The notes: generated by a model not told the origin, from the letters alone. DNA of 32,000 nucleotides from Candidatus Harpocratesius repetitus (GCA_021498095.1 JAIZWK010000001.1:3960001-3992000), one strand, 5' to 3'; positions 8,433 through 18,048 are shown, counted from the first letter of the stretch. Translations and numbers: made by a program.

Positions 8433-11400
8433 TTGAGTAAAAATATGAAACTAAACCAAGAAGATATACTGAAACAAATAGATATTGTTGAACAAAAAGT
8501 AAAAAAATATAAAAAATTGATAAAAAAAAAGAATATTTTAGAATTAGAGTGCCCTTATAAAGAAGCTGAACAAGTTTATTTGAAAATGGCTAAAGAATTC
8601 GAAAAACTCGGAGATAAAAATCAAGCAGAGATTCTTTTTAATGGAGCAAAACAATATCAAGAAAAAAATCAAAAAGATCATTTATTACGAAATATTGAAA
8701 AAAGAAAAAAAAATGAAAGAAAAAAAATAAAGAATATTGCCCTGGTTGACGATAAAGATAAAAATTTTAATTATTCAGATAAAAAGAAAAATTATTCAAA
8801 TCAAAAATCGATTTTACAACAAAACAAAAAAGATGCTGCAAAAAATAAACAAAAAATAGACAAAATTTTTAATGAAATTGAAGAGATCACAAAAAAAATT
8901 AAGGATTATGAATCAAATACGAAAAAATTTCAAAAGAAAAGCCCGTATGAAATAGCAATCCGAGTTTATATGCATTCTGTAGAAAAACTTAAAAATTTAG
9001 GTTGGAATGAAGAAAGTCAAAGAATTTTTGAAAGTATTCAAACACTTCAAGAAAAATTAAAAAGAGATATTATAACGCGCAGGAAACTCAAACTTAAGCA
9101 AGAACATATGATAGAAGAGAAAGAAGAAATTGAACAAAAAGCAAAATTAACTCATGAAATGCAAAAAAAACATTTAGAAGAGATTCAGAAAGCCAAAAAG
9201 AAAAAAGAAGAAGAAAAATTATCTGCAAAAGCACAAGCAGAACAAATATTTAATAATATTGAGAAAATAACACAGAAAATAAAGGAATATGAATCGACAG
9301 CTAATAGATTCCAAATGCAATGCCCCTACGAAGAAGCAATTCAAGTTTACAAAGATTCAGTTAAAAAACTTAAAATTTTAGGTTGGAATGAAGAAAGTCA
9401 AAGAATTTTTGAAAGTATTCAAACACTTCAAGAAAAATTAAAAAGAGATATTATAACGCGCAGGAAACTCAAACTTAAGCAAGAACATATGATAGAAGAG
9501 AAAGAAGAAATTGAACAAAAAGCAAAATTAACTCATGAAATGCAAAAAAAACATTTAGAAGAGATTCAGAGAGCCAAAAAGAAAAAAGAAGAAGAAAAAT
9601 TATCTGCAAAAGCACAAGCAGAACAAATATTTAATAATATTGAGAAAATATCACAGAAAATAAAAGAATATGAATCGATAGCTAATAGATTCCAAATGCA
9701 ATCCCCCTATGAAGAAGCAATTCAAGTTTACAAAGATTCAGTTAAAAAACTTAAAATTTTAGGTTGGAATGAAGAAAGTCAAAGAATTTTTGAAAGTATT
9801 CAAACACTTCAAGAAAAATTAAAAAGAGATATTATAACGCGCAGGAAACTCAAACTTAAGCAAGAACATATGATAGAAGAGAAAGAAGAAATTGAACAAA
9901 AAGCAAAATTAACTCATGAAATGCAAAAAAAACATTTAGAAGAGATTCAGAGAGCCAAAAAGAAAAAAGAAGAAGAAAAATTATCTGCAAAAGCACAAGC
10001 AGAACAAATATTTAATAATATTGAGAAAATATCACAGAAAATAAAAGAATATGAATCGATAGCTAATAGATTCCAAATGCAATCCCCCTATGAAGAAGCA
10101 ATTCAAGTTTACAAAGATTCAGTTAAAAAACTTAAAAATTTAGGTTGGAATGAAGAAAGTCAAAGAATTTTTGAAAGTATTCAAACACTTCAAGAAAAAC
10201 TAAAAAAAGATTCAATAACACGTGAGAAAATAAAGCAGAAAGAAGAACAAATAAAGAAAGAACAAGAAAAGTTAGAAAAAAAAGCAAAGCTTTCTCAAAT
10301 AATGCAAAAAAGACAATTAGAAGAGATTGAAAAAGCTAAAAAAGAACAAAATAAACAAAGATTATCAAATAAAGTACAAGCAGAAAATATCCTTGCAGAA
10401 ATTGAAAAAATTTCTCAAAAAATAAAAGAATACGAATCAACAGCTAACCGATTTCAAATAGAATGTCCATATGAAGAAGCAATCGAAATATTTACAGAAT
10501 CTGCAAAAAATCTTAACAATCTAGGTTGGAATGAAGAAAGTCAAAGAATTTTTGAAAGTATTCAAACACTTCAAGAAAAACTAAAAAAAGATTCAATAAC
10601 ACGTGAGAAAATAAAGCAGAAAGAAGAACAAATAAAGAAAGAACAAGAAAAGTTAGAAAAAAAAGCAAAGCTTTCTCAAATAATGCAAAAAAGACAATTA
10701 GAAGAGATTGAAAAAGCTAAAAAAGAACAAAATAAACAAAGATTATCAAATAAGGTACAAGCAGAAAATATCCTTGCAGAAATTGAAAAAATTTCTCAAA
10801 AAATAAAAGAATACGAATCAACAGCTAACCGATTTCAAATAGAATGCCCATATAAAGAAGCAATCCAAGTTTACACGGATTCTGCAAAACACCTTAAAAA
10901 TATTGGATGGAATGAAGAAAGCCAAAGAATTTTTGAAAGCATTCAAACACTTCAAAAAAAACTAAAAGAAGATGAAATTTATCGAAGAAATAAGGAAATT
11001 GAAAAAATAAAATTAAAAGAAGAACAGGAAGAATTAGAAAAAAAGGCAAAATTATCACAAAAAATTCTTATGGAACGCCAGAAAGAACAAGAAGAACAAA
11101 AAAAGAGAGAATTACAAGAACAATTGCATAAAAGAAAAATCGCTGAGGAGATTTTCAAAAAAATTGATGTTATTGAAAATAAAATTAAAGATTATGAAAA
11201 CAAGCCAGATAAAATTCCATATTTTTGTCCTTATAAAGATGCAATCAAAATTTATGAACAAGCTTCAGATGAATTAAAATCAATAGGATGGACTGAGCAG
11301 GGAAATAGGATAATTGAAGCCATTCAAAGATATAAGGAGAAGTTAGAAGAAGATCAAAAATATCGAGAAAATGAAAAGGAACGTATCGCTAAATCTAAAG

Positions 11401-14400
11401 AAGAAGAAGAAATGCTTAAAAGAAGAATAAGATTAACAAGAAAATTACAAGAACAACGTCAAAAAGAACAAGAAGAAATTAAACTGCGAGAAGCTCAAGA
11501 TCAAGCCTATAAACAAGCAATAGCAAACCAAATTTTTGCTCAAATTGAAAAAATTGAATCAGATGTTAAAGAATATGAAAATAAACCCGATAAAATACCT
11601 TTTACCCCTCCATATAAAGAAGCAATACAAATTTATGATCAAGCTGCAAAAAATCTAGCAAAAATTGGTTGGCATAAAGAAAGTTTGAGAGTTTTTTCAA
11701 GTGTAAAATTATATAAAGATAAACTAAGAAAAGATCAAGAATATCGGGAGCAAGAAAAACAAAGAATTGAAAAAACATTAAAAGAAAAAAGTAAATTAGA
11801 ACAAAGAGCTAAAAAGTCTCGTGAAAATCTCGCCAAAAAAGAAATGCAACGATTAAAAAGGAAACAAAGAATCAGAGAAGAAAATGCATATAAACAAGCA
11901 ATTGCAAATCAAGTTTTTAATGAAATTGATCAAATTGAACGTAAAATAAAAGAATATGAAAATCTTCCGGATAAAATTCCCTATAATTGCCCATATGAGA
12001 ATGCGATCGAAGTATATCAAAAATCAGCAAATAGATTAAGAGAAATCGGAAGAACTTATGAAAGCATTAAGTTATTTGAAGGAATGCAACTGTATCAAGA
12101 AAAATTAAGAAAAGACCATATCTATCGGGAAGAAGAAAAATTAAGAGTTGCAAAAAATAAAGAAGAAGAAGAATTACTAGAAAAAAGAGCACAAAAAGTA
12201 AAAGAAATCGCATTAAAACAAAAACGAGAACAAGAAGAGAAAAGACTTAAAGAACAACAAGAAATGAAGTATAAACAAGCGATTGCGGATCAAATTTTTG
12301 CTCAAATAGAAAAAATTGAAGAAGAAATTAAAGAATATGAATCTTTAATAGATAAAATTCCTTATGAGTGTCCGTACAAAAAGGCAATTAATATTTATTT
12401 AAAAGGTGTTGAAACTCTAAAAGAAATAGGTTGGACTGAAGAAAGTATTAGATTATTCGAAGGTCTAAAATTATATCGAGATAAACTTGAAAAAGATAAA
12501 AAATATCGAGAAGAAGAAAAACTCCGAATAGCTAAATCAAAAGAAGAACAAGAATTACTGGAAAGAAGGGCAAAATTAGCGGAAAAATTGCAAAAACAAA
12601 GAGAACAAGAACTTCAAAGAATTAAACGACAAGAACTCCAAGAAAAAAATTATAAAATGGCAATTGCAGATCAAATTTTTACTAAAATTGATGCTGTCGA
12701 AAAAGAAGTAGAAGAATATGAATCCCAAATTGATAAAATACCATTTGAACCTCCATATGAAAAATGTATTCAAGTTTATAAAGAATGTGCACAGCAACTA
12801 ATAGATATCGGGTGGAATAAAGAAAGTCTTCGTTTATTAGAAGGTGTTCGTGTTTATCAAGAAAAATTAAGAAAAGATCAAATGTTCCGTGAAAAAGAAA
12901 AACTTAGAGTTGCTAAAACCAAAGAAGAACAAGAAATGTTAGAAAAACGAGCAAAACTAGCAGCGCAGATCTTAAAAGAAAAACAACGACTGAATCAAGA
13001 GCGCCTACAAAAGGAGAAAGAAGAAAATACGTATAAAGAATCAGTCGCAAATAATATTTTTGCAGATATTGAAAAAATTGAACATGAAGTGAAAGAATAT
13101 GAAAGTCTTCCAGATAAAATTCCTTACATTTGTCCATATGAGAAAGCAATCGAAGTATATCAAAAATCAGCAAATAGATTGAGAGAAATCGGCAAAACGA
13201 ACGAGAGTATTAAAATCTTTGAGGGTATGCAACTTTATCAAGAAAAATTAAGAAAGGACCAAATCTATCGTGAAGAAGAAAAATTAAGAGTTGCAAAGAC
13301 AAAAGAAGAACAAAAAATGCTGGAAGAACGAGCAAAACTTGCAAAACAAATTCAAATAAAGCATCAACAAATGTTACAAGAACAATTAAAGAAAAAAGAA
13401 GAAGAAGAAAAAGAAAAATCGAAAATCGCAGAAAAAGTCTTTGCATCAATAGATAAAATAGAGAATAAAGTAAGGGAATATGAATCACATTCTAATCGAT
13501 ATCCGTTAACTCCTCCTTATGAAGAAGCAATTCAGGTATATTTAGAATCTGCTAAAACCCTCGAACAAATAGGATGGAAAGAAGAAAGTTCCAAATTGTA
13601 TGAGGGATTAAAATCTTATAAAGAAAGGGTAGAAAATGATAAAAAATATAGAACTCATATCAAAAAACAACAAGAAATTCAAAAGTTAAATGAACTTGCT
13701 TTGAAACAGCAAATTGAACAGTCTCAAGAAATTTTAAAAGAAAAATTGAAGAAAGAAGAGAGAGAAAAAGCACTAGAATTTCAAGAAATGCAAAAACAAA
13801 AGGAAATATCCGAAAAAGCACTTAATATTATTTCTGGAGGTAATAAATTTGCTCAACAACATAAATATAAAGAAGCAATAATCAAATATTTAGAAGCAAG
13901 TAAATTATTCCAAGAAATCGGTTGGAAACTTGAAGCAGATAAAATTGCAAAGCAAATTGATTTTTTCAAACAGGAAGAAATTAATTATTTAAAAGAACTT
14001 CAAAGACAAGAAGAAGAACGTCTAAAATCAATTAAAGAATATGAAGATTTAGAAAGAAAAGCAAGAATTTCGTGGAAAATTAAACAAAGAGAAAAATTAG
14101 AACAAGAAAAAATAAGAAAGAAACGTGAAGAAGAAAAACGAAAGAAAGATTTAGAAGAAATTCAAAGATTAATTGCAGAAAGTCAAAAATATAAGGAAGA
14201 TAAAGAACAAAAGCTTAAGATTTTACAAAAAGAAGAACAACAAAAAGCAAAACAAATAGAAGAAATTCATAATCAATGTCTTATTTTATTGGATAACGCT
14301 CGTAACTCTGTTGAAAATAAAAATTATGAAGATGCCCTGAAAATCTATGAACAAGTTTTAAATTTATATGAGAAAATTAATTATAAGATTGGAATTCGAA

Positions 14401-15686
14401 TTACTAAAGAAACAATTGAAAAAACTAAACAAGATTTACATGCTTATCAAGAGCAAATAATCTTAAAGGAACAAGCAGAACAAGACCGTAAAAAAGAGAT
14501 ACAAAAGATTCAAGAATTAATAAAAAGATCTAAAGAAGAATCAGAGCGAATTTTATTAGAAGAACAGAAACGAAAACTAGAAGAAAATGAAATAAAAAGT
14601 AAGCAAGATCAAATTCAAAATCAAATTTTTGATTTACTTGAAATGGGAAGCAATTATTCACTTCAACATCAATATGATGCCGCTATTTCAAAATATAAGG
14701 AAGCTTTAGTGTTATTTGATGAAATAAATTGGCCTTTGAAAAAGAAACAAATAATTCAATTAATTAATGAAACTGAAACTAAGAAAGAAACATATTTGTT
14801 AAAACTAGCTGAAATTCAGAAGAGAAAAGAAGAAGAATTGCTTCAACGCAAGAATTTTGAAAAGCAAATGGCATCTCAAGAGATGAAGAGACGAGAATCT
14901 TTACAGAATTTAGAAGAAATTTCCATGGAAGAAAGACGCTTAGCAAGAATTGAGAGAGAAAGAGGAGATTTAGCTTATAAATACTTAGATTTGGCAGAAA
15001 AATCATATGAAGAACATCATCCATACTTAAGTCTTTATTATCTACATAATGCAATGTATAATTTTACAATAAACAAATGGACATTAGAAGCCAATACAAC
15101 AAAAAAAAGATTATATCAAATTTTTGAAGGCATTTCGAATTGTTTGATAAAAATAAAAGAATTGCTACAGAATACAAATTTTGAGTTAGAAAAAGAAGCA
15201 ATGGAAGAAATAACTCAATGTTATTTATTTTTAGAAAAAGAAGAGATCAAGCATTCTTTATCCAGTTTTGAACGAATAAGAGAAACCTTTAATAAATTAA
15301 ATTGGACAAATTCACTTGAAAAGCTTTCAACATTGTATATTGAAATATATGCGTTGAAAGCAAAGATAGATCATCGAAATCAACTTCCAACAAAAGAAGA
15401 TGGTTTTGAACTATTAAATTCTGCTTATGCACAACTAAAAGAGAAAAATTTTGATGATGCAATTCTCAGTGCAGAGAAAGCAGCAGAAATCTTTGAAGAA
15501 ATATCTATGCCCAGCTTAAAAAGATTGTGTGATCAAACAAAACTTAGAATAAAATTAAGTAAACGAAAATACGAAAATGAAAAAACAGCCTTAGAAAGAA
15601 TTTCTTTGATTTCTTCTCCAGAATTACGACGAGAAGCGCGCATTGAATTAAGAAAGAAAATTCGACGAGCATTACGTCATTCTTAA
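8433..15686 (+). CDS. Giant all-helical repeat protein (2417 aa): TPR/SNAP-like modules alternating with E/K/R-rich helices
   Basis: Uninterrupted 7.25-kb ORF with the recurring module 'IF..IEKI...IKEYE....[CP]PY..AI.vY..sa..L..iGW.eEs.ri...i..yqEKL' followed by ~55 charged residues. Start may be TTG 8433 or ATG 8445; AGGAG lies upstream. Confidence 0.85.
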   Translation: MSKNMKLNQEDILKQIDIVEQKVKKYKKLIKKKNILELECPYKEAEQVYLKMAKEFEKLGDKNQAEILFNGAKQYQEKNQKDHLLRNIEKRKKNERKKIKNIALVDDKDKNFNYSDKKKNYSNQKSILQQNKKDAAKNKQKIDKIFNEIEEITKKIKDYESNTKKFQKKSPYEIAIRVYMHSVEKLKNLGWNEESQRIFESIQTLQEKLKRDIITRRKLKLKQEHMIEEKEEIEQKAKLTHEMQKKHLEEIQKAKKKKEEEKLSAKAQAEQIFNNIEKITQKIKEYESTANRFQMQCPYEEAIQVYKDSVKKLKILGWNEESQRIFESIQTLQEKLKRDIITRRKLKLKQEHMIEEKEEIEQKAKLTHEMQKKHLEEIQRAKKKKEEEKLSAKAQAEQIFNNIEKISQKIKEYESIANRFQMQSPYEEAIQVYKDSVKKLKILGWNEESQRIFESIQTLQEKLKRDIITRRKLKLKQEHMIEEKEEIEQKAKLTHEMQKKHLEEIQRAKKKKEEEKLSAKAQAEQIFNNIEKISQKIKEYESIANRFQMQSPYEEAIQVYKDSVKKLKNLGWNEESQRIFESIQTLQEKLKKDSITREKIKQKEEQIKKEQEKLEKKAKLSQIMQKRQLEEIEKAKKEQNKQRLSNKVQAENILAEIEKISQKIKEYESTANRFQIECPYEEAIEIFTESAKNLNNLGWNEESQRIFESIQTLQEKLKKDSITREKIKQKEEQIKKEQEKLEKKAKLSQIMQKRQLEEIEKAKKEQNKQRLSNKVQAENILAEIEKISQKIKEYESTANRFQIECPYKEAIQVYTDSAKHLKNIGWNEESQRIFESIQTLQKKLKEDEIYRRNKEIEKIKLKEEQEELEKKAKLSQKILMERQKEQEEQKKRELQEQLHKRKIAEEIFKKIDVIENKIKDYENKPDKIPYFCPYKDAIKIYEQASDELKSIGWTEQGNRIIEAIQRYKEKLEEDQKYRENEKERIAKSKEEEEMLKRRIRLTRKLQEQRQKEQEEIKLREAQDQAYKQAIANQIFAQIEKIESDVKEYENKPDKIPFTPPYKEAIQIYDQAAKNLAKIGWHKESLRVFSSVKLYKDKLRKDQEYREQEKQRIEKTLKEKSKLEQRAKKSRENLAKKEMQRLKRKQRIREENAYKQAIANQVFNEIDQIERKIKEYENLPDKIPYNCPYENAIEVYQKSANRLREIGRTYESIKLFEGMQLYQEKLRKDHIYREEEKLRVAKNKEEEELLEKRAQKVKEIALKQKREQEEKRLKEQQEMKYKQAIADQIFAQIEKIEEEIKEYESLIDKIPYECPYKKAINIYLKGVETLKEIGWTEESIRLFEGLKLYRDKLEKDKKYREEEKLRIAKSKEEQELLERRAKLAEKLQKQREQELQRIKRQELQEKNYKMAIADQIFTKIDAVEKEVEEYESQIDKIPFEPPYEKCIQVYKECAQQLIDIGWNKESLRLLEGVRVYQEKLRKDQMFREKEKLRVAKTKEEQEMLEKRAKLAAQILKEKQRLNQERLQKEKEENTYKESVANNIFADIEKIEHEVKEYESLPDKIPYICPYEKAIEVYQKSANRLREIGKTNESIKIFEGMQLYQEKLRKDQIYREEEKLRVAKTKEEQKMLEERAKLAKQIQIKHQQMLQEQLKKKEEEEKEKSKIAEKVFASIDKIENKVREYESHSNRYPLTPPYEEAIQVYLESAKTLEQIGWKEESSKLYEGLKSYKERVENDKKYRTHIKKQQEIQKLNELALKQQIEQSQEILKEKLKKEEREKALEFQEMQKQKEISEKALNIISGGNKFAQQHKYKEAIIKYLEASKLFQEIGWKLEADKIAKQIDFFKQEEINYLKELQRQEEERLKSIKEYEDLERKARISWKIKQREKLEQEKIRKKREEEKRKKDLEEIQRLIAESQKYKEDKEQKLKILQKEEQQKAKQIEEIHNQCLILLDNARNSVENKNYEDALKIYEQVLNLYEKINYKIGIRITKETIEKTKQDLHAYQEQIILKEQAEQDRKKEIQKIQELIKRSKEESERILLEEQKRKLEENEIKSKQDQIQNQIFDLLEMGSNYSLQHQYDAAISKYKEALVLFDEINWPLKKKQIIQLINETETKKETYLLKLAEIQKRKEEELLQRKNFEKQMASQEMKRRESLQNLEEISMEERRLARIERERGDLAYKYLDLAEKSYEEHHPYLSLYYLHNAMYNFTINKWTLEANTTKKRLYQIFEGISNCLIKIKELLQNTNFELEKEAMEEITQCYLFLEKEEIKHSLSSFERIRETFNKLNWTNSLEKLSTLYIEIYALKAKIDHRNQLPTKEDGFELLNSAYAQLKEKNFDDAILSAEKAAEIFEEISMPSLKRLCDQTKLRIKLSKRKYENEKTALERISLISSPELRREARIELRKKIRRALRHS
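8983..13700 (+). repeat. Intragenic tandem repeat, 381-bp (127-aa) period, 13 in-register units
   Basis: The Gly codon of the GW motif falls at 9000, 9381, 9762, 10143, 10524, 10905, 11286, 11667, 12048, 12429, 12810, 13191 and 13572, an exact 381-bp spacing. Degenerate units flank the array (about 8610, 13920, 14379, 14727, 15075). Confidence 0.95.
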
Positions 15687-15865
15687 CTTTTTTTTGCTTT
15701 TACTTTTCTTCTTGGTAATTCTTCTTTTAGAATTAATTCATTCCGTATTAAGTCTCGAATTGCTGTGCGAATAGCTTCACTTCTATTTGGAAAAAATTCT
15801 TCTACAACAAGCAGGTCTAAAGATTCGATATATTTTTCTGGAACAAAAACTGTGAGCATTTTCAT
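15683..15865 (-). CDS. Ribbon-helix-helix (CopG/Arc/MetJ/NikR-N-like) DNA-binding protein
   Basis: MKMLTVFVPEKYIESLDLLV.EEFFPNRSEAIRTAIRDLI shows the RHH beta-strand, helix A and the 'NRSEAIR.AIR.L' helix B. AAGGA lies upstream of the ATG. Confidence 0.9.
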   Translation of the reverse strand: MKMLTVFVPEKYIESLDLLVVEEFFPNRSEAIRTAIRDLIRNELILKEELPRRKVKAKKS

Positions 15866-15890
15866 TTTTTTAATCCTTTAAGAATTTATA

Positions 15891-16067
15891 AAATAATCGA
15901 TATGTTATTATTTAATTTCTATTTATTTCAAAATTATTTTTTGTGTTACAAATCGATTTCTACAATAATCAAATTATTTAATTTCTATTTATTTCAAAAT
16001 TATTTTTTGTGTTACATATATGCGTAACACAAATCATATAAATAATCGATTTCTACTATAATCAAAT
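15891..16067. promoter_or_regulatory. Divergent promoter region with direct repeats and a perfect inverted repeat (candidate RHH operator)
   Basis: Exact 44-bp direct repeat at 15907-15950 and 15973-16016. 24-bp repeat aatcgatttctac..taatcaaat at 15951-15974 and 16044-16067. Inverted repeat TTTGTGTTAC-N8-GTAACACAAA at 16006-16033. Confidence 0.6.
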
Positions 16068-16090
16068 ATTATAAAATTAAGTGATTTAAA

Positions 16091-16411
16091 GTGATTGAAG
16101 ATTTACAAGAATTCTTAAAAACCGGTCAAGATTGGGAAAAAATGGAAACAGATATTCCCGGAGTATTTGTGGTTAAAATTCCAGGAACAAAAACCCGAGA
16201 TGCAAGATTAATGGTAGAAATAAATCCTGTGGATAAAACTACAGGAAAACCTAAAAAGCGAAAAGGTTTATTTATCGCAGATTATGAAATGTACCTTCAA
16301 TTTCAAGAAGCTTTATTTCAAGATGAAGTACCTGCATTAATTAAAGCTTTAGAAGAATTAAATCCACCATTACCTGCTACAAAGACAAAAAAATTAAAAC
16401 TAAAACCATAA
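16091..16411 (+). CDS. Conserved archaeal-type hypothetical protein (106 aa)
   Basis: GTG start with AAGTGA upstream. Compact globular-looking sequence (FLKTGQDWEK...IPGVFVVKIP...LMVEINPVD..GKPKKRKGLFI) that I recall from archaeal hypothetical proteins. Function unknown. Confidence 0.7.
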   Translation: MIEDLQEFLKTGQDWEKMETDIPGVFVVKIPGTKTRDARLMVEINPVDKTTGKPKKRKGLFIADYEMYLQFQEALFQDEVPALIKALEELNPPLPATKTKKLKLKP

Positions 16412-16414
16412 AAA

Positions 16415-16452
16415 TTGGGATCTAATCCAAAAAATTTTTTTATTTCATTTTT
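16415..16452 (+). terminator. Possible archaeal oligo-T terminator
   Basis: T-rich tract (aattttttatttcatttttcc) directly after the stop of the 106-aa gene. Confidence 0.35.
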
Positions 16453-16733
16453 CCGACGAAATTTATTCTTCCTCGATGAAATATATAATAAAAGATAGAT
16501 TTCTCAAGCAATCTAAAGGGGGAAATTAATTGAAAGGGAGAAATCTTTACGAAGTTCAATCACAATTTTGCTTGAGACTAAAAGTAATCAAAAAATGAGT
16601 TATGTTAAAAATTTGAATCCGAAATGGAATTTTGGGTAAATTTTGGAATTTTATTTTCAAAACATTTACAAAAGAGGGGGACAATTATTTAATCGTCGAA
16701 CTAAATAACCACTCTAAAGGTGAACCATGAAGG

Positions 16734-18048
16734 TTGTCCCAAACACATAAAAATAAACGCCAAAATAAAAAGAAATCGAATTTTTTTCAGCGTTATATTC
16801 TAGATTTGAAAATTAAAGTTTTATCATTAAACGAGATCCAAGACCATTTACGAGTATGTCATAATTACAATATCTCTATTAGAAGTATTAGAAATATTTT
16901 ATGTGATTTAGGTGCAAAAGCTAAAGCTGTTAATCGATTTTACGATAACAAAGTTCTGCCTAAAATTAAAATAGCTGAAGCCGATGAAATTTATCAAGGT
17001 CATAATAACATGTACATAGGAATTGCTGATAAAAATTCCAACTATTTAGTTTCTCTAACTCAGTTAAATTCTAAAAATACGGAATCTTTTCAAAAATTTT
17101 TCGGCCAATTTTCGAATAACTTATCATCCCTGGTTGTATGGATGACTGACGGGCTGCACACATATAATCCTGTGTTAAATTCGACGTATCCTAATATTAC
17201 TCATATAATCTGCCACGTGCATACCTATCGGGAAGTAATGAAAGAACAAGAAGTCTACAATCGGAAAGCGCGTTGGAAATATAAAAACTTGAAGAAAATG
17301 CGAGAAAATTTAAAAAATGCAGAAAAATACTTAAAAAATAACCAAAAAACTGTCAATGCTGCAATAAATTCCATGAATGCGATTGAATCTGAGCGAAATC
17401 AATTCTATTTGAAACACGGAATTAAAAAATACAGTAAAACAAAAAATTTAAAGCACAGCGGACAAAATATAAAAAAGAACTTCAAAATCTTCGAGCATAT
17501 ATAAGATCATATCAAAAACAGGTCAAACATTGGCAAAAGAAAATCCAGTATTTTCAAAAGGATTTGAAAGAGACGGAATTGTAATATATTAAATCTAAAA
17601 TCATTGCTCTTCAAAGTGGACGACTTGTAAAAGAATTTAAAGATTTGCTAGACAGCAGATGGAATGAATTTGAGAAAAAGGAGCGTCGTTTACTTAAAAT
17701 TTATTCTGATTCACCATATCCAATTGCTAAAAAACTAACAAAATTATTTCAAATAAGAAAAAGGTGTTTAACGATAAAACTGAAAGAATTCAAAGCATGG
17801 TTCCACCCAATCGAGCTAACACCAACACAATGGAATCAATTTTTGGGAGATATAGACTTTTTTTTTAAAAATATCGAAAAATGAAAGATACAAAATACTC
17901 TAAAGCGGTATTTGAAATACTAAGATTGCATCACAACCTTTCTCCACCATATTCCGGCCCAAATCAAGATAAATCACCTATAACCAGGGCTGGAATCAAG
18001 ACTAAATATATAAATTCTATAGATCGATTATGTAGAACGATTTCGTGA
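16734..18048 (+). pseudogene. Decayed DDE transposase (IS remnant); IS family not confidently assigned (IS66/IS256/ISH6/IS6-like catalytic layout)
   Basis: The ORF 16734-17504 carries ADEIYQG (D1), WMTDG (D2) and CHVH. Coding continues after a frameshift near 17495 and an in-frame TAA at 17582-17584. A further shift near 17750 gives NTNTMESIFG (catalytic Glu, about 17818-17847), and another near the T-run at about 17860 gives ILRLHHNLSPPYSGPNQDKSPITRAGI, ending at TGA 18048. No terminal IRs found. Confidence 0.8.

Noticed and set aside
12576-15054. Minus-strand F/L-rich ORFs that look like membrane proteins
   Set aside because: They are antisense to the A-rich K/E codons of the giant gene, which produces hydrophobic translations artefactually.
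8433-15686. Giant protein as an SMC/Rad50, myosin or surface adhesin
   Set aside because: No Walker motifs, motor domain, signal peptide or TM anchor. The charged segments are interrupted by regular modules.
15907-16067. Short direct repeats as a CRISPR array
   Set aside because: Only two copies of each element, the intervening sequence is itself repeated rather than unique, and no cas genes are present.
17645-17884. 79-aa ORF as an independent gene
   Set aside because: It is a fragment of the broken transposase, and its 3' half is out of the original frame, where NTNTMESIFG lies.
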